A model generated the notes under the pieces. The model did not search any database and was not told the origin of the DNA. It saw only the letters and a program-made list of their open reading frames with translations. Both the position numbers and the translations under genes were made by a program. DNA of 64,000 bases from Eledone cirrhosa (Eukaryota): NCBI GenBank assembly GCA_964016885.1, contig OZ024746.1:33294001-33358000 (forward strand), written 5' to 3'. Of the stretch, positions 51,193 through 64,000 are shown piece after piece (within the stretch, counting starts at the first letter, position 1; every line of letters begins with the position of its first letter).

Positions 51193-52096
51193 TAGCTTCC
51201 TTTTAAGTGCTTTTGCAATGTGGCTTTCCTTTGATTTGTTTTGTTAATATTGAAATAGTCTTTCTTTCCCCTTCATATCATTAAATATATTATAACTAAT
51301 CATGTTTTATAAATAATTCCCTTATGCATATATGGTATGATCAAAGGTAAACTAAATTCCTGTACATGTATGTACATTAGCGTCCGTTCACCCTAATACA
51401 TATAGAATCACATACAAGCAGATATACATAGCGCTTATAAGCTGCACATAGAAACGTACTCACACGCATATATGTTAAAGCCATAATTTTATAACATTAT
51501 GGTGCCTAATACGATAATTATTCCATGAAATATTAAACAGTTTTTCTCACTGTAAGTTCATTCAACCTGGTATGATTTTACTTCATAATGATATAACCAA
51601 CATCTGTTCTATTGTAGGATTGCCGTACCAGTTATCCAGTTATTTACCTACGAAAATCTACCAGAAAATGTCATAAATATGTTCTTACTTTTAATTCCTC
51701 TTACAAATTTTGCTTTTATATTATATATAATTAATGTAGTATTTTTTACAACATCCCACATGTTATTTCATTTCTTCACTCTCATATCAACTTCCTATTA
51801 GTAGAATAGTTCAGCAACTTTTGAAACACTCTTTCCCATTAATAGACGTTTGCTGTTACCAAAGATGGGGCCTAGCACCGTGTTAGATAACTCTTCTACA
51901 CAACAAAGTTTAGTTCTAAACATTACCAAGCAAAAATTACCAAGCAAAAACATTACCAAGAATATAGATGAAGCTGTTGGTGATAGCTCCAATATCATTT
52001 TATTTATCCTATTTACCTATCCACATATGTTAGGATTTACACATAACTGTGAAAGCATTACATTTGACTTAAGCTCGCTGCTGCTGCTGCTGTCAA

Positions 52097-52097
<1 letters not shown>

Positions 52098-52170
<73 letters not shown>

Positions 52171-52203
52171 TAGCTGCTACTACTACTACTACTACTACCA
52201 CCG

Positions 52204-52270
<67 letters not shown>

Positions 52271-52317
52271 CACCACCACCACTGCTACTACCACCACCAC
52301 CACCACCACCACCACCG

Positions 52318-52406
<89 letters not shown>

Positions 52407-52416
52407 GCTGCTACTG

Positions 52417-52467
<51 letters not shown>
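52098..52467. repeat. (CTA)n/(CCA)n trinucleotide tract
   Basis: Direct reading. Confidence 0.98.
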
Positions 52468-53249
52468 TAAGTTAAGGTACTATTTTAAATTTACAGATCT
52501 AGTTCTTATCTTGTAAATTGATGCACTTGATAATATAGATATCAATAAATACACCATGGTTTATGAAACATAACGTTGTGGTTACTTCAAGAAAAAGAAT
52601 ATATAAAATGAGTTACATTAAGTAATCGCTTCACCCATTTTGTGTTAAATACTAACCAAATCAATAATCAGTTTGGCACTGGTACTTGCATGAAAGAGTT
52701 GGATGAAATGTCTTGTGGAATTTTTGCCAGCTCTTGGTTAAAATACCACCTCGTTCAAATTTGTCTTTCATTATTGCAAGGTCAATAATGAAATTACCAT
52801 TGTATAATGTGGCTTAGAACAGACATTCAACGTTGATTGAGATGCATTGCAGGATTTCTTCTGATTTTTTTGATTTGCTTGGCCTACAATGCTGGTAGGT
52901 ACCATCGCTAAATAGGTCTATCGATATTGAAATACGCAATCCTTTAGCTGACGATAATCAGGATCCATACTGTTAAACATCTAAGTATGTTATCATTTAT
53001 AATAAACTTCAAAACCTACAGTAACTTAAGTGACGATTCAACAATAGTACAAAATTATACATTAGTTAACCAATATACAATAATTGGACTTCATTTACAA
53101 GTAAATTAAATTCCGGTGGCTATCAAATAAACTTTATTTATCCTAACTTTTATCATCGAAATATTCACGGCATATATTTGCGCACAACACTTCCTGACAT
53201 ATAATACACTGGCAATAAATGAGATTGACAACATATGTAAATTGCTTTA

Positions 53250-53988
53250 CGAGCATCTCAGCTTTCGCAGCAATAGCTGGAATGAAAATCAGTGCTGCAG
53301 AATCTGAGACGCTCATCTTCTCAAGGACGCCATCGCAGTGCACTCTACATATAAATGGAGTTTCACTAATGCAGGTAGAGAAGTTTGAATATCTCGGGAC
53401 CGTGTTTACGAGTGATGTAAGACACGAGGCTGAATTAAGTGCAAGAAATACAAAAGCTTGTGCAGTAATGCGCCACCTTCAACATTCAGTAATCAGAAGA
53501 AGGGTGGTAGGCGTAAAAGCCAAACTCACTATCTTCAATTCGGTATTCGTACCAAACCTTACTTATGGTCATGTCTCTTGGGTAATGACCGAAGAATACA
53601 AGCGGCCGAAATGGAGATTCATCGAAGGATCTTTGGAGTAGCGTTACTCGATAGAGTGTGTAACTCGGAGATCAGAGTAACTCCAGGTAGAGACGCTACT
53701 TCTCCTAATTGAGAGATCAGAGCTTCGATACTACGGACATGTGTTTAGAATATCCCAGGAAAGAATCGCTGGAAAGATTTTACGGGCAAGACTAAACGAC
53801 AGGAGACCCAGAGGTAGACACCGAGCAAGATGGTTTAATAACATCCATGATCTTTGCTCGTCTGGCTTGGAGATCCAGCCAGACCAGTTAAAGACTGTTG
53901 CGTCTGGCAGGACCCACTAGAAGGAGTGTTTGAGGACGCTGCCCTCATGACCCTCACCAGAAGAAGAAGAAGAAGAAGAAGAAGAAGA
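53250..53988 (+). mobile_element. RTE-clade LINE 3' fragment with (AGA)n tail
   Basis: GMKIS..E, LMQVEKFEYLG, AKLTIFNSVFVPNLTYG..W, LRYYGHV, RPRGR..W; tail 53959-53987. Confidence 0.85.
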
Positions 53989-54574
53989 TTTATAAAACCA
54001 ACATTTTGCCTCACTATATTAAGGGGATATTCATCGTAATTGAAATTATATTTCAAAATTTGACTTCCAAGAAAAAAAAATTTGAATTCACGGTCACTTA
54101 AATCATCTCTAGCTGAGTTTCAAGAAACATTTTCGTATTGAAACATATTTCTGTGAAGATTCTGCCCAACAATAGTTAATTAAGTTGATAACGTAAGTTC
54201 GGTTATTGCATTAAGAGAAGAGGGAAAGAATAGTCAGAATATTTAAATCGTCTTCAATTTTACTTTCTATGTTAGCATTCATTTTCGTAAGTTTTTATTT
54301 GACAGATCATCCAAATATATATAAGTCCCACGAATATCTATAGGAGTCGTCGGAGTAACGTGATCGGCATTTAAACCGGGAAGACACGATCCCGTATTTC
54401 ATCAACAGAAAGAGAGAGAATGAAATAATGAGAAATACAAATGAATCGAGAATCATACCTCTGGGACAAACTGGCAGAATATAATTTGACAGATATATCT
54501 GTAATGTGCAGACAATGGAAACAGAGTTTTCTTGCTTCCTGCGCTTGATCGGAAACATTTCTATTTACATGTTA

Positions 54575-54742
54575 TTGGCAGTATCGGTAGAGGGTCGGAC
54601 GCTATGCTTTCCAGCATAGTTACGTCCCTTTACGATCTGAGTTCAAATCCCGCCGAGGTTGACTTTGCCTTTCATCTTTACGGGGTCGATAAAATAATGC
54701 ACTGGGTAATTGCTGGCCTTGTGCCTAAAGTAGAAACAATTA
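54575..54742 (+). mobile_element. tRNA-derived SINE
   Basis: A/B boxes and family core. Confidence 0.85.
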
Positions 54743-55175
54743 TATTGTGTAAGGGCTGCTTTGCAGTATAGAGTTACTGCCCTTTATGATCTGAATTCCT
54801 TTGAAAAAGGAAAATGAAATAACTGTGGCAGTCTATGAATTAAACCACGGCCCTTTCGCACACAAAGAGAGAGTTATTCGCCTTAGGTCAAAGCCTAGGT
54901 TCAATTATGTCTCCGTTATGATTAATAAAACCATATTTAAAATAGAAGATGTGTAGGATCATTTTAAAAAAACAAACAAACAGAAAAATAAAAATATCTG
55001 ACAGAAGAATAGAAAGAGCGAGAGGGTTTACATATTTTATGATGAGAATGATTGGTATTAGTAGTATAAAGAAATACTGATTTCATACAAATCACATTTT
55101 CATAAAAATCATTAAAAAAGTCTTCATGTATTCATTGTTATAGTGTGTTTAAAGAAATAAATGACAAACGAAAAA

Positions 55176-55226
55176 ACCGCGATCTCTCACACCCAAAGCG
55201 AGAATCATACCACTAGACCAACGAGG
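55176..55226 (-). pseudogene. Truncated tRNA-Pro(TGG) pseudogene
   Basis: Minus strand ctcgttggtctagtggtatgattctcgctttgggtgtgagag matches eukaryotic tRNA-Pro; T-arm lost. Confidence 0.8.
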
Positions 55227-55976
55227 TTCAATTGACAACGTTTGACAAGATATTATAGTTGATGTTTATATTTTAAAATACATGTTATATTCCTGAGTAA
55301 ATTAATTTCAGGGAAACATTAACATATGCTTAATAGTGCTCAAAGAAACACTTGATTACTCGCAATGAAAAAAGTTCATATTGTATCTTTCGTGATGTTA
55401 ACATGTAGCCGCTACCATTGACAGTGAAAATCATTGAACTATAACAATGTCTTAACTAGAAATAAACATATCATGGTATACGTTTTAAATTAGTTGATGA
55501 AAACGAGCAGCAATACGATAACCATTCGACATTTGATCCTTGACTGAACTCATCACCAAACATGGTAGTCTAACGTTTATATCAAGCATCCAGCTGCTGA
55601 TCATTAAATACATCATTCTGAATTTGAAATAACTATGTATTAATTAGTTAATGTTTTACCATCAGACTAGGTGTATGCTTCTCACATCGGGTGCGACATA
55701 TCTGGTGTATATAAACTTGTCATTTAGCTAATCTTATTTCTAGACACTCTTGTGGATTTCAAGCTTCAGACTTCAATAATGTTAAATGTATAATATTAAG
55801 TTTGAAAAGTTGTAGGTTTTGCATGTTTGTAGAAGAATGTGTATATGATAGCATTATCTACAACTTAAGCAGGTTTCTTTCTTCTTTCACACAAACAATA
55901 TAACATACGTTATGACTTTCTATATTAATATAATACATTTGTTATTTGTATTTTAATTTGAATCGCTTTGTCAGTT

Positions 55977-56044
55977 GGTCCGTTGGTCTAGAGGCATGAT
56001 TTTTCGCTTAGAGTGCGAGAGGTTGCGGGTTCAAATCTCTAACC
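55977..56044 (+). pseudogene. Degenerate tRNA-Pro(AGG-derived) pseudogene
   Basis: ggtccgttggtctagaggcatgatttttcgcttagagtgcgagaggttgcgggttcaaatc; acceptor stem broken. Confidence 0.8.
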
Positions 56045-56177
56045 ATTATTCTTTGTGATTCCAACGCTATTTTCTCCTGTAACTCATATGTAACGTAATT
56101 ACACGTTTGCTATTTGTAATATAATCTGAGATATTTCATCAGTTGGCTCGTTGATCTCGGACATGGCTTTCCAGCAT

Positions 56178-58260
56178 CAGTGGTATCACCCACCGGTGGA
56201 CGATATCAACTGTTGGGTGGGGGATGAGCAATTGAAAAGAAACGAAATTTGTGGGCGACTTGAAAATGTGGGGGACATAGGATTTTGAGCATTAAGAAAT
56301 TATTTCAACACATGCTACCCGTAAATTATAAAATGTATAAAATGTATAAAACATAGGAGGCGAAATGTGAATAACTGTATCACATTCATTGATAAGTTAT
56401 AAACATTTCTGTGAACAAAGAACCTTTTCGTATTCTTTTTAGATTTTGAGAATGTTAATTAAATTAAAAATATTTCCCTGGACATTTTGTTCGGATATAA
56501 ATCAGATACAAACCACTTTGCCAGTAAAATTAAGAAGTGACCTCAGGATAAACTCCTCAACGTCACCAGCATCGAGTGATCATACATAAAACTGAAACAA
56601 GCTATGATTTTAAAGATGTGACATAGACAAGGAGGGGTAGTCGACAATCCCAGAAAAAATCTGAGAATCTCAAGATGGGGTCTGTTCACAGCTCAATACG
56701 AATACTGATATAGTCAGAAAGTCCCCTGAAATTGTTGTATTGTATTGTTTTGGTATTCGTGGATTATTGAAAACGGTCTTCGAGTAACATTATAACTTTC
56801 TGAACGAAAGTTTTGTTACCTATTGTTCCTCCTATTTTTTCTTTACATTGTAGGATTTTGAAACACGCCAACGTCTCAATTTAAGAAAATGTTTCGTTAA
56901 TACAGCATTGATTATTTATTTTATGGGTTTTCTCGCTTTTCATCAGAGTAGTCTATTACTTATTTGTCTTGTGTGGAAAAAAACATTAAGCCATAAATCC
57001 TTCACAAGTATCATCTCTATTCTTAGTATGCTGATCAGAATGGAAAGACCTTGTCATATTTCTTATAACTTAAGACTTTATTAGAAAAGCAGAAACGTTG
57101 ATCGCAGAAATTCAGAAAGTAACAACGCAACAAAATAACGAGAAGATTGCGCCGTACTACATTGCGTTACTGGCCACAAAGACAGGTTAGTCCCTCACTG
57201 TAAGGGAAACATTACTTCGAGCTGTTATTAAAGATCTCTCAACTGCATAAAACGCCTGGCACAATAACGAAGACAATACCACTTAGTAATAACACAATTC
57301 CTCGATGTTTAGATGTAATGGCCACTGACGTCAAACATCAACTCACCCATTATCAAATCCCTGGAGTTATGAATTTTACATACAAGCTGACAAATCACCA
57401 GTTGTGATAATTCAATGCTCAATGAAAGATTCAACCTTGTGAGGCTTAGTTATCAATTGTTGCTTGATCCAAAATATAAATCTATCTTAGATTTATTGAA
57501 GCTATTCTTCATAACAATAACATCTCATTGCATAATATTCTTCCTTGTGCATCTGATAGATTTCCTGCTTTAGTAGGTAGATACAGAGGTTTCTGCCTCC
57601 TCTTAAAATTTGGATTTTTACTCTTCATTTAGCGGCAAAATATCGATGGCATGTTTAGTGATGTATTGCAGTTAGTTATTACAAATTTGAAGAAGGTAAA
57701 ATTGAATAATTTATTTGAACCAATTTTCCGTCAACTGCTCCATGATAATGATGATGATTATGTGAGTTTTTTAGACCATAGTGAAGTACGATGGTTATCA
57801 AAAAGCATCTCTGTTGTTCATGTTTTCGAACTACTTGATACAATAGTTGTTGTTGTTCCAAAACCCTGAACTATCCACGTCTCTGATTACTTGAAAATGT
57901 GATAATCTTTTCCATATTGACATATTTTCTACCGCCAACCATAAAATTAACCTTGATCATAAATCTAAATCTAAATTATATCCTTTAGAATTAAATTTAA
58001 TAAAATACAGTTTGTAATATTCCAGTTTGCTTTCAGTAGTTATTTAATATGGTATTAGAAGGAGGAGCTTCATAAGACGGCATTATTTATTACCTCCGTT
58101 TTCTACGTTTTACTACATCATAAAATGTCAGTTTACGAACGAGTAACAGACTTTTACTAAAGAGTTTTGTTATGCTTTTGAATATATACTATATAGGTGG
58201 GTGGTGTAAATCTTTCCACGTGAAAGGGGGCGATAAAGCAAAAGAGGTTGGGAACATCTG
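56178..58260 (+). mobile_element. Decayed hAT (Buster/SPIN/Charlie-like) DNA transposon
   Basis: Ends CAGTGGTATCACC.. / ..GGTTGGGAACATCTG; transposase remnants IPLSNNTI (~57277) and HSEVRWLSK (~57777). No TSD seen. Confidence 0.7.
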
Positions 58261-58261
58261 A

Positions 58262-58710
58262 AATGCCATCAAATCTTGTACTTGACTGTTTTAAGTTTTG
58301 CCACAATATGATTCTTCAAACACTTTGTATCAACAGAACGATTTTGGTTTTCATAGATTGATGATGATAAGTTCGCATGCTTACCATTTCCAAGTTTCCC
58401 AAATCTTTTCAAGTGGTGCATCAGAAATGGATCAAATTGTGCAATAAGTTTCATAATTACTAAAATAATTCCAGTCTGTTTAGACCCTATGATCATTTCA
58501 CTCCCTATGTACCGAGCCGCTCACAGTTACAAATATTCTCAAATTCACATGGCACAAGCCTTCAGTCGAGTATTACTTCTTTTCCTGCACTCGTTTTTCT
58601 CACTCCTTGTCAACATGAGAAGTTGCTTTACATATACAACTGAAACTGGCCATGGCCTTTTTCATTATATTTCAGCCATTGCGTTATTGGTGCCTTATGC
58701 TAACTGAATG
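58262..58710 (-). mobile_element. Second hAT-like transposase fragment (ZMYM1-like type)
   Basis: LIAQFDPFLMHHLKRFG..GNG..NLSSSI. Confidence 0.55.
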
Positions 58711-60139
58711 TTGGTGCCATTGCAAGTATATTTTAATTTAAAGATAATGATGTAATCATCCCGCAGATAGATGATTCTTAGCATTATAAACTGGAATAAG
58801 AATATCAAAAAAGGAAAAGGAAGAAAAACATTGGATATAAATTTTGCTGCCCTTAATTACAGATAAGTGTGTAAATCCTAGAGTATTTGACTCGTTTTGT
58901 GCAAATATGGGTCCTCTAAACCTTCAATATAAGACATGAAATAAAAATAAATAATTGTAAATGTTAGTTACAGAGAACAGCTCAAAAAGAACATGAAAGT
59001 CTCAAATCTTTTCAAGTGGGGATATTGAGAAATGAGTAATAAGAGAAAAAGAAAGAAAGACAGTGGGTGAAAGAGAGATACAGAGTGAGAGAAAGATATA
59101 ACAAATAAATTCTTGTTTCCTGACCACTACAAACTTCAATTATTCAAAAGCAACATGATTTCTCATGTGAATTACGTTCTCTCTGGCTTGTCCGTTTCCC
59201 TTCTCAGAAACTACTTGCATTTTCGTTGGATTTATTTTCCTGCTTGGCGTGAGTAAATTAAAACAATATATTGATTAATAGATGAAAGAAGGACTGAAAG
59301 GCACAAACTATGTTAAATACGTAATAATTTCTAATTGCAATAATAGCAACAGTGTTATGAACATGCAGTGACAGAACAAGAATCCGTCATAAATATTCTG
59401 TGAATGTAGCGACCGAACAAAAGCATGACATTTGAAAATGACGCTGTTGTAATGCACGAGAGCAAGAGGTATCTAGAAAATACCCGTTGAATGAAAGAGA
59501 TACTAATGTAATTGAAAACAAAACATATTGATTATAATCTAATTTGATATTGGTATGAAACATAACAGATATTATAAGTTGCAACACTAAAATATTGTCA
59601 AGGTATGTCGCAATCCAAAATAGATTACGGAGAAGGAGAGAACATAAGCTAACATTTAAAATGACATATTATTACACACATTGCCTGCGTGTTTATTCGT
59701 TAAATATTTTGAATTAAATAAAAACGTGAAACCCGCCTTAATTTCTGAGCCTTCCAATATCAATATTTGCTATATATGCTTCATATTTCAAAATAATTTT
59801 CATAAAAATAAATACATTTATTTAATGCTGGTGTTATATGAATACTCTTTAAAATTGAAAAGTTAAAATATCAAAAGCAAGCAACCTAGGTATCAAAAGC
59901 AAGTAAGCCGAATGCATTTTCAAGAAATATTTACAATTGGGAGAATATACATTTCTGATGTGATTGTCTTTTAAAAGGCTGTCTCTTTAAAGGATACAGA
60001 GAAAGATAGAACACAACAATGATATGAAGTAACCAGACACAAAAAAGTCAATAAAGTGAGTGGGAAAGAAAGAGAAAGAATCAGAAAAAATGCGAGCTTA
60101 TTTTATTGTACACGGAAGCACATACACAAGCACATAAAC

Positions 60140-60211
<72 letters not shown>

Positions 60212-60592
60212 GTGTACCCACACTTCTCATTGTTAGAAGATGCTGTATATATATATATGATCTTTCACTAATACCGTATCAAGAACATCTCAATGAAAAG
60301 ATAGCTGAAATAAATCTAAACCAGAGGAGCATATACATATAGAATAACTTATGCAAAATCTCTAACATGTAGAGAAGACGTAACGCCATCTAATACAAGA
60401 GCCCTTCCCACGCATATCTAGTCTCTAATTGCTGGAATCAAGAAACAATAAACAATATTGACCATTTTAATAAATTAAGACAAGCAGCATTGGAAGAAGA
60501 TTTTCGTGAAAGGGTTTCTTTCGAAGTACAAATAAATGATTAATTATCTCTCTCTCTCTTTCTGACACACACACACACACAAACACACACAC

Positions 60593-60690
<98 letters not shown>

Positions 60691-60837
60691 CAGGCTATCC
60701 CCCGAATATGTATGCACACTTCAACAGCGTTCTAATAAATATGTGTATACATTTTTGGGGACACCCTGTCTATACACACACACTCACACTCACACAGATA
60801 TATATATATATATATATGTATATCTGTGTGAGTGTGA

Positions 60838-61097
<260 letters not shown>

Positions 61098-61469
61098 ATA
61101 CATGTATTCATACATACATAAACATATCACATACATCCACCATTCTTCTATTGTTTGATAAGCCTTCAGATTAAGCGATGTTTCATTTTGGCACAACATC
61201 AAAGGTATTTGTGCATTTTCTACTTCAACTTTCAACATAACAAACACACCTCGACTGTATCAATCAGCATATAAGCCACTATTTTCACAATCAACACACA
61301 ACCACTTTTAACACACCAACCTCCATCTCTAAACCTATTTTCACTGCTCATGCCTTTCCTATATATAGTAAGAACATCAACATTTCTTTCTAGAAAAGAA
61401 TAACACTCAAAATTTAAACCACCCTAACCAAACCCACTATTACCACCACAACAATATTAATAATATCCT

Positions 61470-62990
61470 TTTAATTTAGGCACTAGGCCAGCAATTTTGA
61501 GAGGAGAAATTATATCGAACCCAGTATCTGATGGGCACTTTATTCTATCGAACCGGAAAAAGATGAAAGTTGACCGTGGCAGCATTTGACCTCAGAGCAC
61601 AGAATACCGGAACGGATGCCGTGAAGCATTCTATACTACACTTTAACGTATCTGCCTGTCGAAAGCAATAATTTTTGTTTCTACTTTTGGCACAAGGCTA
61701 GCAATAATTCCAGTGCATTACTGGTACTTTATTTTATCGATCCCTTAAGGACGAAAGGCTAAGTTAATCTCAGTGGGATTTGAATTCAGACCGTACAGGG
61801 GCGTAACTTTATGCTAGCTACAAAGCATGGTGTCCGACCCTCTACCGATACTGACAACCCACCCGCCCTTGAAAGCAATAATACCAATAATAATAATAAT
61901 AATAATAATAATTTAATAAATAGCAACAAGAGCCGAACATAAAGGACACGACAAAAACGGGGACAGTTGTGATTTACATAAATTCGTGTAAAAAACAATG
62001 CAACAAAAACAATTAACAATACAATAGAAAAAGTAGAATTCCCTAATAGGGGTGATATTAGGAACCTACCAAATCCTCACCCAATCTCATCTTTTAGAGC
62101 ATCCTGGGAAGGTGCCCCTCTCTCTCCTTTAATCTTTACAGCCTACAGGCGCATGTTCAGACTAGGCGATCCTATTCACACGGGCGATCCTAGCAACAAT
62201 CACCTACATTTTTACAAATGTACTTTGAGCAACAATTCCTTCTCCACCCTCACTTTCCTTTCTAAGTGTAACTTGAAAAAGTTGATGAGCGATTGGTTGA
62301 AGAGAAAGGTGTTTGTCTTCAGGCCTTTCATCCAAGTCCAGCACATACTAGGCAGAGGAAAAATATTTTGGGAAGAGGCAGTTAATAAAATTGATAAAAT
62401 CCACTCCAGTGCTCTACAGATACTTTATTTTATTGACCGCGCAAGGATGAAATGCAAAGTTAACCTAGGCAGGATTTGAACTAAGAACGCAAAGGGCCGT
62501 AACTATATGCCACGAAGCATTTTGTCCGACGCTCTACCAATACTGTTAATCCACCGCTTTTTTTTTGTATTATAATAATTGTCGTTATTTTAGGCACAAG
62601 GCCAATAAACAATATTTGGGGGAGGGGGAAGTCGATAAAATCGACCCCAGTACTTACTAAAGCTTTATCAACCCCGGAAGGATAAAAGGCAAAGCAAACC
62701 TCGGCGCGATTTGAACTCAGAACGTATAGGGCGGTAACTCTATGCTGAAAAGCAGGATGTACGACGCTCTACTGATACTGTCAATTCACCCCAATTTTCG
62801 CTATTATAATAATTGTTTCTACTTTTGGCACAAGGCCAGCAATTATCCCAGTGTATTACTGGTACTTTATTTTATCGACCCCGTAAGGATGAAAGGAAAA
62901 GTTAGCCTCGGCGGGATTTGAACTCAGAATGGCAAGGGCCGTAACTCTATGCTTGGCGTCCGACTTTCTACCGATACTGCCAATCCACTG
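61470..62990 (-). mobile_element. Cluster of five same-orientation SINE copies
   Basis: Copies at ~61470-61660, 61675-61868, 62345-62557, 62585-62792 and 62810-62990. Confidence 0.85.
61888..62340 (-). mobile_element. 5'-truncated 3' end of Tx1 family A with (ATT)n tail
   Basis: Aligns by eye to 3531-4000 (aacttgaaaaagttgatga..gaagagaaa..gtcttca; cctacag.cgcatg). Confidence 0.85.
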
Positions 62991-63687
62991 CGACAGTCTG
63001 AAATATACTAATATCCCACCTAATGGTATAGTACATACAGAACGTGTGTAAGTAAAGCATTTTAAGTACGCTGCGAATCTGGAGGTATAAAAAAGTACCA
63101 GTCCAGTACAGAGGTCAATTCTTCCTCCATAGAAAAAACTCGGCTGTGTTCAAACCTGGAGAGGATTAGGCTCCGCCAGATTTAAAAGTGTCCAAGACAC
63201 ACCGTATTACGGTGCCTCTATGACTCCACAAGGAGTTATGGGATCTTTATCCTTTTTATCCTTTAAATATGAAAAAAGACAGGATTAATATACTAAATAT
63301 ATATAGCAATAACAGAGAGAATGGCTAACATACATTCCCATATTGAAAGCATATTCCTTCGTGAACAACTTTGATTCTTTTCGCTGTTTTATTTCATATT
63401 CAGATATTCACTTTAGCAATCCAAATGTTCACTATACTTTTCAAATTTTGTTAACATTTCTCATGTTTCCTCTTTCTTATTTTATTTCTTCGTTTTCCAT
63501 TGTATCTTTATACTTTCTCTCTCTCCGTCTCTCTCCCCCTCTCTCTCTTTCTATCTTTCCTTTTTTTAAGTTTTGTTTTCACCATACGTCATCTCCATTA
63601 TTCTAACTAATATTAGATTTGGTCAGTGGTGGAGGACTGCCAAATAAAAAGAACACAAAATATTATCAATAAGATAAATACCAAGAA

Positions 63688-63748
<61 letters not shown>

Positions 63749-63928
63749 TCTCTCTCTCTCTATGTATGTATATATATATTGTGTTTGCGCACACCAGCGC
63801 GCGCGCACACACACACACATATATATGTATATATGTGCGTGTGTGTGTTCGGGGGGGGGGGGGCATTGGTATGTACACACACACATATCATATATATATA
63901 TATATATATATATATACGTATATATATA

Positions 63929-63984
<56 letters not shown>

Positions 63985-64000
63985 GTATATGTGAACATAT

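Noticed and set aside
55977-56044. Functional tRNA with AGA anticodon
   Set aside because: The body is tRNA-Pro with a disrupted acceptor stem and T-arm; pseudogene.

Overview
AT-rich animal genomic DNA, saturated with (TA)n, (CA)n, (CT)n and (AAT)n microsatellites and with no recognisable host gene. The composition and SINE family suggest a cephalopod (octopus-like) genome, which is my inference. The window is essentially nested mobile DNA: two near full-length but frameshifted Tx1-like LINEs (3531-9064 and 44342-50410, minus strand) plus a 3' fragment, two 5'-truncated Penelope-like elements (PLEs), many PLE terminal pieces carrying type-I hammerhead ribozyme motifs (about a dozen intact or decayed cores, often in palindromes, mostly bordered by (TA)n), a Helitron, hAT, RTE, R4-like and CRE-like relics, more than 10 tRNA-derived SINEs and degenerate tRNA-Pro genes. 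Three observations stand out. (1) Both divergent Tx1 elements have a perfect GT-AAGT splice donor at the ORF1 end, exactly 39 nt before the ORF2 ATG, with an in-frame TAG|G acceptor 58 nt away. (2) A (TA)n-associated PLE/hammerhead system includes variants with an ~85-90 nt stem II and a pLTR with NRF1- and YY1-like motifs. (3) An (ATT)n-centred Tx1/SINE partnership shows shared 3' ends. Most short ORFs in the supplied track are microsatellite or antisense artefacts. All calls were made by eye, without database searches.
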